A model generated the notes under the pieces. That model worked only from the letters and a program-made list of their open reading frames with translations, made no database searches and was not told the DNA's origin. Shown in pieces: positions 1 through 9,241 of a stretch of 64,000 bases of DNA. The position numbers were made by a program, and so were the translations under genes. The stretch covers positions 6,440 through 70,439 of the forward strand of contig CAXTLC010000009.1 of assembly GCA_964245075.1 (NCBI GenBank), read 5' to 3'. Each line of letters starts with the position of its first letter. Position 1 is the first letter of the stretch. The stretch is from an uncultured Acetobacteraceae bacterium (GTDB taxonomy: Bacteria; Pseudomonadota; Alphaproteobacteria; Acetobacterales; Acetobacteraceae).

Positions 1-1
1 C

Positions 2-862
2 AACCCGAACGCTGCCGCTGCCTTGCAGGAACTGCTGGGCGGGAAGTACGGCGAGATGTCAACGCTTGGGAACTACATGTTCCAGAGCTTCAACTTCCGC
101 AACAAGTCCAAGCTGCGCCCGTTCTACAGCCTCGTTTCGGCGATCTTTGCCGAGGAACTGGGCCACGTCGAACTCGTCAGCACCGGCATCGCCATGCTGA
201 ACAATGGCCAGGGTGACCCGACGCCAGACGTGGACGTGTCCAAGGCGCCGTTCAATGCCATGCAGAACACCGTGTTGCCGGGCGCATTCCTGTCCAACGG
301 CGGCGGCGCCACGCCGGTGAACAGCAACGGCCTGTCCTGGAACACGGACATGGTGACCACCACGGGCAACGTGATCATCGACCTGCTGCACAACTTCCAC
401 CTCGAGTGCGGCGCCCGCCTCCACAAGCTGCGCGTGTACGAGACGATGGTGGAGCCGACCGGGCGCGAGGTCTGCGGCTACCTGCTGGTCCGCGGCTCGG
501 TCCACGCGCACGCCTATGCGCTGGCCTTGAAGAAGCTGACGGGCGTTGCGATCGAGCAGATGCTGCCCACGCCCAACATCAACCTCGACAAGATCCCGGA
601 ATGCCAGAAGTACTTGCAGGAAGGCAGCCACCGCCGGCTCTACAGGTTCAGCCCGAACGACTACGCCGAGGCAGCGGGCATCTGGGGCGGCGGCGAGATG
701 GCGCTGCCAGGCGATCCGCCGGGTGAGTTGGAGGTCGTGGACGGCCACCCCGAAGGCGGCCACATACCGGAGCTGCTCGGCAACTACGGGGCCTTCGCCC
801 CGAACTACGCGCCCGAGGAGATGTTCGAGATCGCGGGCAAGCTCTACAAGGCGTCCCGCTAG
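2..862 (+). CDS. Manganese-containing catalase (5' end outside window)
   Basis: Open frame from base 2 (NPNAAAALQELLGGKYGEMSTLGNYMFQSF...EELGHVELV...RGSVHAHAYALAL), typical Mn-catalase ferritin-like motifs. Confidence 0.9.
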   Translation, partial: NPNAAAALQELLGGKYGEMSTLGNYMFQSFNFRNKSKLRPFYSLVSAIFAEELGHVELVSTGIAMLNNGQGDPTPDVDVSKAPFNAMQNTVLPGAFLSNGGGATPVNSNGLSWNTDMVTTTGNVIIDLLHNFHLECGARLHKLRVYETMVEPTGREVCGYLLVRGSVHAHAYALALKKLTGVAIEQMLPTPNINLDKIPECQKYLQEGSHRRLYRFSPNDYAEAAGIWGGGEMALPGDPPGELEVVDGHPEGGHIPELLGNYGAFAPNYAPEEMFEIAGKLYKASR

Positions 863-870
863 CGCCTCGC

Positions 871-903
871 GCTGGGAGGGGCGGCTTGCCATTCCCTCCC
901 GGC
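871..903 (+). terminator. Hairpin after catalase, possible terminator
   Basis: GCTGGGAGGG ... CCCTCCCGGC stem just after the stop codon; no clear U-tract. Confidence 0.4.
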
Positions 904-972
904 AGCTTGCTTTGAGGCCCGCGGCCATCCGCCGGTCTTGACGTCGGTGGGCTGACGCAAGACGAGTGGCCG

Positions 973-3615
973 ATGGCCGCCTCGCCCGTGATTGCCCAAT
1001 GGATCGCCGCCAAGGAACAGCAGCCGGACGCGCTGCTGTTTTTTCGCATGGGCGATTTCTACGAATTGTTCTTCGATGACGCCGCCGCCGCCGCTGGCGC
1101 GCTGGGGATCGCCCTCACGGCGCGCGGCGAGCACGAAGGCAAGCCGATCGCCATGTGCGGCGTGCCGATCCATGCCGCCGAGGGCTATCTCGCCCGCTTG
1201 ATCCGGCGCGGCTTCCGCGTGGCTGTCGCCGAGCAGATGGAAACGGCCTCCGCCCGCAGCGGCAAAGCGCCGCTGCGGCGGGAGATCGTCCGCCTGGTCA
1301 CGCCCGGCACGCTCACCGAGGACTCGCTGCTGGACGGCGCGCGGCCGAACCTGCTGCTGGCGCTGGCCCGCGCCGGCCGGACCGTGGGGGCTGCCTGGCT
1401 CGACATCTCCACCGGGCTGTTCGAGACGGAAGCCGTGACGGATCTGCCCGCGCTGCTCGGCCGCCTCGACCCTGCGGAGGTGCTGGCGCCGCTCGACCTG
1501 CCGCTCGGCGATCACGAGGCGCGCCGGGCGCCGGAAACCCTGCCGCCCCCGCCGCTCGCAGCGCGGGCCAGGGTGGCGGACGCATTCGGCGCGGCCACCC
1601 TGGACGGCTTCGGCAGCTTCACCGACGCCGAGGCGATGGCTGCCGCCGCCGCGCTGGATTACGTGCGTGCGACCCAGGCAGGCCGGCTGCCGTCCTTGTC
1701 GCCGCCAGCGCGCCACGAGGGCAGCGGCACGCTGCTGATGGATGCCGCGACCCGCGCCAGCCTGGAGGTGGCTCGGGCGCGCGATGGCGGGTCCGAGCAC
1801 ACGCTGCTGGCCGCGGTGAGCCGCACGCTCACCGCGTCTGGCGGACGCATGCTGGCCGAGTGGCTGTCCGCCCCGCTGACCGACCCGGCGGCGATTGCCG
1901 CGCGGCAGGATGGCTGGGGCTGGCTGGGGGCCGAGCCGTCGGCGGCCGTGGCGTTGCGGCTGGCGCTGCGCGGCGCGCCGGACGCGACGCGGGCGCTCGG
2001 CCGCTTGTCCGTCGGGCGGGGCGGGGCGCGGGATCTGCTGGCGGTCCGGCAACTGCTCGCGGCCGCGACGGCCGCAGCCGACGCGCTCGCCGCAGCCCCC
2101 TCTCCCACCGGCGGGGAAGGACAGGGCGAGGGTGGCGACGCAGACGCTTCGCCCGGCAAGAGCCAACCTCGCCCCGGCCCTTTCCCGCCAGCGAGGCAGG
2201 GCTTGCTCCGCGCGCTCTGCCGTCACCTGCGCGTGGACTCCTCGCTGGGCGAACGCCTTTCTGCCGCCCTGGCCGCCTCGCCCCCAGCCCGGCTCGAAGA
2301 CGGCGGCGCGATTGCCGAGGGCTTCGACGGCGAGTTGGATGCGGAACGCCGCCTGCGCGACGACAGCCGCCGGGTCGTGACGGGATTGCAGCTCGACTAC
2401 GCCCAGCGCTACGGCACGGCCTCGCTCAAGATCCGCCACCACGCCCAGCTCGGCTACGTGATGGAAGTTCCCGCTGCCGCCGCTGCCACCCTGCGCACCC
2501 ACCTGGACCTCACCCTGCGCCAGTCCATGGCGAACGTGGCCCGGTTCACCAGCCCGGAGCTGGGCGAGCTGGACCGCCGCATCAACGATGCCGCGGGCCG
2601 GGCCGCCGCTCGGGAAGCGGCGGTGTTCGCGTCCCTGGTCTCGGAGGTGCTGGCGCTTGCCACCCCGCTGCGCCAGGCAGCCGGCGCGCTTGCCACCCTG
2701 GACGTGTTGCAAAGCTGCGCCCGCCTGGCCGAGTCCGGCGCCTGGTGCCGACCGCAGGTCACGGACGACGCCGCGTTCTGCGTCACCGCGGCCCGGCACC
2801 CGGTGATCGAGGCCGCGCTGCCGGCCGGGACGGCGTTCCAGCCGAACGATTGCGACCTGTCGCCGACCCGGCGCGTGCTGCTGCTGACCGGGCCGAACAT
2901 GGCGGGCAAGTCCACCTTCCTGCGCCAGAACGCGCTGCTGGTGATCCTGGCGCAGGCTGGCCTGCCAGTGCCCGCCGCCACCGCCCGCGTCGGCATCGCG
3001 GACCGGTTGTTCAGCCGGGTGGGGGCGGCGGACGACCTGGCGCGAGGCCGCTCGACCTTCATGACGGAGATGACGGAGACCGCCGCCATCCTGCACGGCG
3101 CCGGGCCGCGCAGCCTGGTCGTCGTGGACGAGATCGGCCGCGGCACCGCCACGCTGGACGGGCTGGCCATCGCCTGGGCGGTGCTGGAAGCGCTGCACTC
3201 GCAGGTCCGCTGCCGTACCCTGTTCGCGACGCACTTCCACGAATTGGCCGGGCTGGGGCAAGCGCTGCCGCAGATGTGCCCCCACGCCATGCAGGTGCGG
3301 GAGTGGAAGAACGACATCGTGTTCTTGCACGAAGTGGGGGAGGGCGCGGCCGGACGGTCCTGGGGCGTGCACGTCGCCAAGATAGCCGGCATGCCCGCGG
3401 CGACGGTGCGCCGGGCCGCTGCGCTGCTCAGCGCGCTGGAACGCGGCAGCGCGGCCGGTCCGGATCTGCCGCTGTTCGCCGGGGTGCCAGCCGCGGAACC
3501 CGCGGCGGACCGGCTGCGCGCCGCGCTGGACGCGCTGCATCCTGATCAACTCTCGCCACGCGATGCGCTGGACGTCCTATATCAATTAAAGAACCTCGCA
3601 CTATCATCGGACTGA
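973..3615 (+). CDS. mutS: DNA mismatch repair protein MutS
   Basis: FFRMGDFYELFF mismatch-binding motif, Walker A TGPNMAGKST, STFMTEM, DEIGRGT, FATHFHEL, SWGVHVAKIAG. Confidence 0.98.
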   Translation: MAASPVIAQWIAAKEQQPDALLFFRMGDFYELFFDDAAAAAGALGIALTARGEHEGKPIAMCGVPIHAAEGYLARLIRRGFRVAVAEQMETASARSGKAPLRREIVRLVTPGTLTEDSLLDGARPNLLLALARAGRTVGAAWLDISTGLFETEAVTDLPALLGRLDPAEVLAPLDLPLGDHEARRAPETLPPPPLAARARVADAFGAATLDGFGSFTDAEAMAAAAALDYVRATQAGRLPSLSPPARHEGSGTLLMDAATRASLEVARARDGGSEHTLLAAVSRTLTASGGRMLAEWLSAPLTDPAAIAARQDGWGWLGAEPSAAVALRLALRGAPDATRALGRLSVGRGGARDLLAVRQLLAAATAAADALAAAPSPTGGEGQGEGGDADASPGKSQPRPGPFPPARQGLLRALCRHLRVDSSLGERLSAALAASPPARLEDGGAIAEGFDGELDAERRLRDDSRRVVTGLQLDYAQRYGTASLKIRHHAQLGYVMEVPAAAAATLRTHLDLTLRQSMANVARFTSPELGELDRRINDAAGRAAAREAAVFASLVSEVLALATPLRQAAGALATLDVLQSCARLAESGAWCRPQVTDDAAFCVTAARHPVIEAALPAGTAFQPNDCDLSPTRRVLLLTGPNMAGKSTFLRQNALLVILAQAGLPVPAATARVGIADRLFSRVGAADDLARGRSTFMTEMTETAAILHGAGPRSLVVVDEIGRGTATLDGLAIAWAVLEALHSQVRCRTLFATHFHELAGLGQALPQMCPHAMQVREWKNDIVFLHEVGEGAAGRSWGVHVAKIAGMPAATVRRAAALLSALERGSAAGPDLPLFAGVPAAEPAADRLRAALDALHPDQLSPRDALDVLYQLKNLALSSD
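2098..2202. repeat. Degenerate REP-like palindromic element inserted in frame in mutS
   Basis: CCCTCTCCCACCGGCGGGGAAGG-ACAGGGCGAGGG ... CCTCGCCCCGGCCCTTTCCCGCCAGCGAGGCAGGG; GGGCGAGG pairs with CCTCGCCC; encodes PSPTGGEGQGEGG...PRPGPFPPARQG. Confidence 0.7.
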
Positions 3616-6381
3616 ATGCTCACCATTCTCCCCCTGCCATCCACGCCCGCCGACGCTGCCGGCGTCCTGACCGACGCCTTGAGCGGCGTTGTTGCCCGGG
3701 ACGAGGTGCTGTCCGTGTTCCGCCGCCACCTCACCCGTATCCAGCACCATGTGCGCGAGGCTTTCGAGCACTACCAGGTCTCGGGACTGGAAAGCGCCCG
3801 CTCGTTGGCCGCGTTGACGGACGGCCTGATCGCCGCGCTCTACGGCTACGCCCGGGCGACTGCCGGGGCGGAGCCGTTCACGGTGGTCGCGACCGGCGGC
3901 TACGGCCGTGGCATGCTGGCGCCGTTCAGCGACATCGACCTGCTGTTCATCACGCCCGAGCCGCCGCCGCCCGAGACGCTCGCGGCAGTCGAGTTCAGCC
4001 TGTATTTCCTGTGGGACCTCGGCCTCAAGGTCGGCCACGCCACCCGCACCGTCGCCGAATGCATCGCCGAGGCGAAGGCGGACGTGACGGTGCGGACGTC
4101 CATGATCGATGCGCGCCTGCTGGTTGGCGACCGGGCGCTGTTCGAGGCGTTCACCGGGCAGTTTGCCCTTGCCTGCGCAGCCCACACCGCGGACTTCATC
4201 GCCGCCAAGCAGGCCGAGCGCGACCTGCGCCACCGCCGGTTCGGCGAGAGCCCGTTCCTGGTGGAGCCGAACATCAAGGAGGGCCGCGGCGGCCTGCGCG
4301 ACCTGCAAACCATGTACTGGATGGCGCGCTACGTGTTCGATGCCCGCGTCATGGGGGATCTGGTCGGCCCGCACAGCCCAGGCGGCGGCATCCTGGTGGA
4401 GCGGGAAGCCAAGCACGCCCGGCGGTCCTGGGACTTCCTCTGGACGGTGCGTTTCCACCTGCACTACGTGGCCGGCCGCGCCGAGGAGCGGCTGACCTTC
4501 GACATGCAGCCCGTGGTCGGCGCACGCATGGGCTACACGAAGCACGGCAGGCAGGACGGGGTGGAGCGCTTCATGCGCCACTACTTCCTGACCGCGCGGG
4601 AAGTGACCCGCATCACCGCCGTGCTGGAGCCGGCGCTCGTGCGCGCGGCGCTCGGGCCGCCGGCGCTGGCGGAGGAAACGGACCCGGCCCTGCTGGAGCA
4701 GGGCTTCGTGCTGGCGGACGGCAAGCTGCTGGCTGCGCCCGGCCGCGATTTCCAGAGCCAGCCGGTGCAGATGCTGCGGCTGTTGCAGGTCGCGCGGGAC
4801 CGGGGGTTGCAGCTTCACCCGTTGGCGATCCGCGCGCTGATCCGGCACGAGCGCGCCGCTGCCAGCCTGCGGGATGACGAGCAAGCGGCGGCACTCTTCC
4901 TGAACCTGCTGACCGGCGGGCAGGATGGCGCGCGATGGCTGCACGTGATGAACGAGGCCGGGTTCCTGGGCCGCTATATCCCGGACTGGGCGCGCATCGT
5001 CGGCCAGATGCAGTTCGACACCTACCACGTGTTCACCGTGGACGAGCACACGATCGAAGCGGTGCGGGTGCTGGACACGCTTGACCGGGGCGACTTGGCC
5101 GACGTCGCCCCGATCGCGTCCGGCTTGATGGAGGACCTGCAATCCCGCCGGGCGCTGTATGTCGCCGCGCTGATGCACGACTTGGCCAAGGGGAGGGGGG
5201 GCGACCATTCGGCGCTGGGGGCAGATCTGGCATTGACGGTCTGCCCGATGCTCGGCTTGTCCGCCGAGGAGACGGAGATGGTGTCCTGGCTGGTGCTGCA
5301 GCACCTGTTGCTGAGCCAGACCGCGTTCAAGCGGGACATCGACGACCCGAAGACCATCCTGGACCTGGTGGAGACCATCCAGTCGCCCGAGCGGCTGAAG
5401 CTGCTGCTGGTGCTCACCGTGGCTGACATGCGGGCGGTGTCTCCCCGCGTGTGGAACGCCTGGAAGGCAACGCTGCTGCGCGAACTGTATGCAAGGGTGG
5501 CGGAGGTGCTGGCGGGCGGCCTGGCCACCACGGAGCGGGATGTGCGGGTGACGCGCACCAAGCAGGCCCTGGCCGTCCGGCTGTGCGACTGGCGGGCGGA
5601 GGAGCGGGACTACTTCCTGGGCCTGGGCTATCCCGGGTACTGGCTGGGCTTTGATGTGGATACCCACCTGCGCCATGCCCGGCTGGTCCGGCAGGCGCAG
5701 GCCACCGGGGCGCCGCTGACGGTGCAGGCTGAACCTTTGCCGGCCCGCGCCGTGACGGAGATCACCGTTTACGCCGCCGACCACGCCGGGCTGTTCAGCC
5801 AGATCGCCGGCGCGCTGGCCGTGGCGGGCGCGTCGATCGTGGACGCGCGCATCCACACGCTGACCAACGGGATGGCGCTGGACACGTTCTGGGTGCAGGA
5901 CGCGGCAGGCGGGGCCTTCGATGCGCCGCACCGGCTCGCCAGGCTGTCCGTGCTGGTGGAGCAGGCGCTGTCGGGCCGATTGCAGCTCGCCGCCGAGATA
6001 CGCCGGGTCAGCGACGCGTTGCTGGGCCGCCGGATGCGCGCGATCCATGTCCCGCCCCGCGTCGTGGTGGACAACCGCGCCAGCCACACCCACACCGTGC
6101 TGGAGGTGAACGGCCGCGACCGGCCCGGGCTGTTGCACGATGTGACGGCGGCGATCAGCGAGCAGGGGTTGCAGATCGCGTCCGCTCACGTCACGACCTA
6201 CGGCGTGCGGGCGGTGGACGTGTTCTACGTCAAGGACGTGTTCGGCCTGAAGGTTGAGAACGAGCGCAAGCTGACGGCCCTGCGCCTCGCGTTGCTGACC
6301 GCGCTGGGCGGGACGGACGAGCCGGTTGCCGCCGCTGTTCCCGAGACCCGTTCGCGCCGCCGCCGCGCCAGTGCTGCCTGA
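3616..6381 (+). CDS. glnD: Bifunctional uridylyltransferase/uridylyl-removing enzyme
   Basis: GGYGRGMLAPFSDIDLLF nucleotidyltransferase motif, EPNIKEGRGGLRDL, HD domain (YHVFTVDEH...MHDLAKG), two C-terminal ACT domains; ATG abuts the mutS stop. Confidence 0.97.
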   Translation: MLTILPLPSTPADAAGVLTDALSGVVARDEVLSVFRRHLTRIQHHVREAFEHYQVSGLESARSLAALTDGLIAALYGYARATAGAEPFTVVATGGYGRGMLAPFSDIDLLFITPEPPPPETLAAVEFSLYFLWDLGLKVGHATRTVAECIAEAKADVTVRTSMIDARLLVGDRALFEAFTGQFALACAAHTADFIAAKQAERDLRHRRFGESPFLVEPNIKEGRGGLRDLQTMYWMARYVFDARVMGDLVGPHSPGGGILVEREAKHARRSWDFLWTVRFHLHYVAGRAEERLTFDMQPVVGARMGYTKHGRQDGVERFMRHYFLTAREVTRITAVLEPALVRAALGPPALAEETDPALLEQGFVLADGKLLAAPGRDFQSQPVQMLRLLQVARDRGLQLHPLAIRALIRHERAAASLRDDEQAAALFLNLLTGGQDGARWLHVMNEAGFLGRYIPDWARIVGQMQFDTYHVFTVDEHTIEAVRVLDTLDRGDLADVAPIASGLMEDLQSRRALYVAALMHDLAKGRGGDHSALGADLALTVCPMLGLSAEETEMVSWLVLQHLLLSQTAFKRDIDDPKTILDLVETIQSPERLKLLLVLTVADMRAVSPRVWNAWKATLLRELYARVAEVLAGGLATTERDVRVTRTKQALAVRLCDWRAEERDYFLGLGYPGYWLGFDVDTHLRHARLVRQAQATGAPLTVQAEPLPARAVTEITVYAADHAGLFSQIAGALAVAGASIVDARIHTLTNGMALDTFWVQDAAGGAFDAPHRLARLSVLVEQALSGRLQLAAEIRRVSDALLGRRMRAIHVPPRVVVDNRASHTHTVLEVNGRDRPGLLHDVTAAISEQGLQIASAHVTTYGVRAVDVFYVKDVFGLKVENERKLTALRLALLTALGGTDEPVAAAVPETRSRRRRASAA

Positions 6382-6417
6382 CGCCGTTGCCCACACGTCC
6401 CTGACTTGAAGGCCGCC

Positions 6418-6732
6418 ATGCCCCGCCTGCCTCCTCTGCCGGCCCTCGTCCTGCTCGTGAGCGCCGTCGGCCCGCTGCGGGCGGCGGAGTTGCCCTCGTT
6501 CCTGCAAGTCGGCGACGCATTCTGCACGCGCGAGTCGGATTTTGACGACTTTGCCGCGCGTGGCCGTGCCCGCGCGAACTCGGCGATCGAGACCTGCCAG
6601 ACGATCGACAGGCCGACTCGGGTTGCCGTCATGGGCGGGCGGGCCAAGCAGAAATCGATGGTGCGGGTGATCAACGGCCCATACGCCTACTCGGTCGGCT
6701 GGACCAACGGGGCGCTGCCTTTGGCCAGGTAG
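6418..6732 (+). CDS. Hypothetical exported protein with two Cys
   Basis: Signal-like N-terminus (MPRLPPLPALVLLVSAVGPLRAA); fills the gap after glnD. Confidence 0.6.
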   Translation: MPRLPPLPALVLLVSAVGPLRAAELPSFLQVGDAFCTRESDFDDFAARGRARANSAIETCQTIDRPTRVAVMGGRAKQKSMVRVINGPYAYSVGWTNGALPLAR

Positions 6733-6736
6733 GAGC

Positions 6737-6762
6737 GGAACCCGAGGCGGGTTGGAGCCGTA
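6737..6762 (+). promoter_or_regulatory. Probable EcfG/sigmaT (general stress) promoter
   Basis: GGAAC-N17-CGTA, one mismatch to GGAAC-N16/17-CGTT; about 30 nt before ATG 6794, which has a GGAG RBS. Confidence 0.5.
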
Positions 6763-6793
6763 TGTTTCTTTAGATTCACTGCGGAGCAACGTG

Positions 6794-7405
6794 ATGAAGC
6801 CACCGATCGACGGCTATTTCAGCCATAGTCCCGAACTGTCGGACGACACGGTCCACGAGACCGCGCTCTACGACCCGGCGGCGCATGACGACCAGATCGT
6901 GGTCATGTTTGAGACCCGCGACGCGGCCCAGGCGGCCATCGACCGGCTTGCGGCCGAAGGCATCGCGGGGGACGCGATGATAACTGATCGCACGCCGGAC
7001 GGTGCCAACGCCGGGGTGAACAGCGAGGGCGGCAACACGGGCCTGTTCGGGGCGCTCAAGGGCCTGTTCGCGCCGGACAACGAGGTTCACGGTCTGGCCG
7101 AGGGTGTCCGCCGGGGTCATGCGTTGCTTGTGCTTCATCCCGCCATCCAGACCCGCAGGCAGGTCATCGAGGTGCTGGAAACGTCTGGACCGATCGACTT
7201 CGATGCGAGGCTTGAGGAGTGGCGGACTGCAGGCTGGGAAGAGCTTTACAAGCAGCAGGCCGCAACCACGGGTTCTGGAACCACCACGCCGGGCGGCGTC
7301 GAGGCGCCTTCCCCGAGTTCGGCCCTGGCGCGTCCTCGCGTCGGGATGCGAGACCCTGCCCGTGGCAGTGCCACGGTGCGCAGCTACTACGCGCCAAAGC
7401 CTTAG
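6794..7405 (+). CDS. General-stress-type hypothetical protein (resembles the N-terminal region of YsnF/AvaK-associated proteins)
   Basis: IVVMFETRDAAQAAIDRL...GLFGALKGLF...LAEGVRRGHALLVL...IDFDARLEEWRTAGW; GGAG RBS. Confidence 0.65.
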   Translation: MKPPIDGYFSHSPELSDDTVHETALYDPAAHDDQIVVMFETRDAAQAAIDRLAAEGIAGDAMITDRTPDGANAGVNSEGGNTGLFGALKGLFAPDNEVHGLAEGVRRGHALLVLHPAIQTRRQVIEVLETSGPIDFDARLEEWRTAGWEELYKQQAATTGSGTTTPGGVEAPSPSSALARPRVGMRDPARGSATVRSYYAPKP

Positions 7406-7454
7406 AGCGCGTTCCGATCGACCGCGATCAGCCGTTAGAAAGCGTTGGAGGATC

Positions 7455-7640
7455 TCACATCCGCATGGGCGGCGGTGGGTCTAGTTCCGGGTCAGGGGCA
7501 ACCGGGCGCGGCGGCAGTTCGGCAGGGATGTCATTCGGGTCTTCTGGTTCCTGCATGGGCGGTGGCTGAGGCCCGCCGGGCGGCAACACGGGCTCGGGCA
7601 TCTGTGCTTGCAGCATCTTGTTCTCTCCCCAGTCGTCCAT
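7455..7640 (-). CDS. Small Pro/Asp/Glu-rich hypothetical protein (61 aa)
   Basis: MDDWGENKMLQAQMPEPVLPPGGPQPPPMQEPEDPNDIP...; low-complexity peptide in an otherwise empty gap. Confidence 0.45.
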   Translation of the reverse strand: MDDWGENKMLQAQMPEPVLPPGGPQPPPMQEPEDPNDIPAELPPRPVAPDPELDPPPPMRM

Positions 7641-7778
7641 GGCGCCGCGGATGCCTGGATACGGCACCTTGCGGTTACGCGGCCCCGCTTCGATCCAAGT
7701 GCGGCATGGCACCATGTCATGCGGCGGTCACGTTCGGCAACGGTGCGCCAGATCGTGTGATTGCACCCGGCACAAACA

Positions 7779-7815
7779 GATAGGGCCAGGTCCGGTTGCC
7801 GGATCTGGCCCTATC
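7779..7815 (-). terminator. Intrinsic terminator-like hairpin downstream of RTX gene
   Basis: GATAGGGCCAGGTCCGG-TTG-CCGGATCTGGCCCTATC, 16 of 17 stem positions complementary, followed on the minus strand by TGTTTGTG. Confidence 0.65.
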
Positions 7816-7835
7816 CACTCACCCAGCTAGCGGAA

Positions 7836-9137
7836 CTAGCTGGTCTTGATCTGAGATCCTGCGGGCTGGCTGACGCCGAGGACGGTGATGGTGGTGCCGT
7901 CGGTCAGATTGTAGGTAGTCCCGCCTGGGACAGAGCCCGTGGTCCCACCGAGCGCGAGCGGGTTGGCGCCATACCCGGCGAAGGACAAGGAGTCGGCGGC
8001 TTTGAAACCGCTGATCGTGTCGGACCCGCCAGACTGGCCGTTGGTGAACGAGAAGGTTGTCGCTCCGCCGCCGGACACCATGAAGGCGCTGCCCGAACCG
8101 CCGGCCAAAGTGTCGGTGCCGGCGCCGGCGATCAGCGTGTCGTTGCCTGAGCCAGCCGTGAACAGGTTGCGGCCGCCGTTGCCGGCGCCGGTGATCGTTT
8201 CGTTCGCGGCCCCGGCTGTCACCGTGCTGTTCAACGAGCCAAGCAGGGTGACGCTGTCGCCTGTTGACGTGTCGCCCGCGATCACGGTGCCCGCGCCGCT
8301 CAGAGCAGTGGTGCTGAAGATGCCGTTGACGGTCGCGTTGCCGCTGCCTCCGTAGTTGACGGTATCGACGCCGCTACCGAGACGGACCGAGAGCGCATTC
8401 GGCGAACTGTCCGTGATGAAGAAGCTTGTGCCGCCGGAGTTGATGGACGTCTGCCCAGACCCGATCTGCACCGTGTCCGTGCCGCCGTTGCTGCCGTAAC
8501 CGGCGCCGGTGATCGTGTCGAACCCCTCGGAGTAGATGAGGTTGCCGCCGGTGAACACGTTCACCTGGTTCGAACCCGAGCCAGGATTGACCGTGCTGCC
8601 GTTGTCGTTGAACAGGTTGATGGTGTCGTTGCCGGAGCCGGCCACCACGAACATCTTGCCTGTGCCGAACTGCGCGCTTTGGATGAGGTTGTTGCCGCCG
8701 AGCACGGCGATCGAGTCGGTCAGGGTCCCACTCGGCGTGATGTTGGTGTAGGTCAGGTTCCGTGCGGCCCCTGCCGCGCCTGCCCCCGCGACGAGCGACC
8801 CGCCTGCCGCGCCGCCCTGGATGGAAACGGGCGCCAAGGCGCCCGTGACCGGGTCCGCCCCGACCGTGATGAACTGATCGGCGCCGTCAATGAAGAGGGA
8901 CGAGCCGCCGACGCCCCGATACGCCGCCACGCCGTTTGCCCCGCTGCCAGGCTGGCCAGCCACCGGGGTGCCGCCGAACGTTGTGGCTCCAGTCGGATAC
9001 ACAAATTGACTGAGCGGCCCGCCATTCAGTCCGGCATTGATCGTATTCGCGATCTGCTGGGCGAACGCCAGGGCATCTGTTCCCGTGTAATTCAGCGACG
9101 AAAAACTCGTAAGACTTCCAACCGTGATGCTGGGCAT
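7836..9137 (-). CDS. Gly/Thr/Ser-rich secreted protein with RTX-like calcium-binding repeats
   Basis: Nonapeptide-type repeats (AGSGNDTINL, AGSGNDTLI, AGAGTDTLA, GGSDTISGF); no Sec signal; no Cys. Confidence 0.8.
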   Translation of the reverse strand: MPSITVGSLTSFSSLNYTGTDALAFAQQIANTINAGLNGGPLSQFVYPTGATTFGGTPVAGQPGSGANGVAAYRGVGGSSLFIDGADQFITVGADPVTGALAPVSIQGGAAGGSLVAGAGAAGAARNLTYTNITPSGTLTDSIAVLGGNNLIQSAQFGTGKMFVVAGSGNDTINLFNDNGSTVNPGSGSNQVNVFTGGNLIYSEGFDTITGAGYGSNGGTDTVQIGSGQTSINSGGTSFFITDSSPNALSVRLGSGVDTVNYGGSGNATVNGIFSTTALSGAGTVIAGDTSTGDSVTLLGSLNSTVTAGAANETITGAGNGGRNLFTAGSGNDTLIAGAGTDTLAGGSGSAFMVSGGGATTFSFTNGQSGGSDTISGFKAADSLSFAGYGANPLALGGTTGSVPGGTTYNLTDGTTITVLGVSQPAGSQIKTS

Positions 9138-9226
9138 ACCCGGGACCTTCTAACCGTTACGTCGTGCTGCCGTCTTCGTAGTCAAAACGATCTGGCGAAG
9201 CAAGAGATAAAGATTGGTTACGCAGC

Positions 9227-9241
9227 TTAACTGTTCGTTAA
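9227..9241. promoter_or_regulatory. CtrA-type binding site
   Basis: TTAA-CTGTTCG-TTAA (exact TTAA-N7-TTAA) 90 bp upstream of the RTX gene start. Confidence 0.6.

Noticed and set aside
859-6789. Long antisense ORFs (896 aa at 859-3549, 1061 aa at 3604-6789) and many others of 300-900 aa
   Set aside because: Shadows of mutS, glnD etc.; in high-GC DNA the antisense frame rarely has stops, and the products are low-complexity with no motifs.
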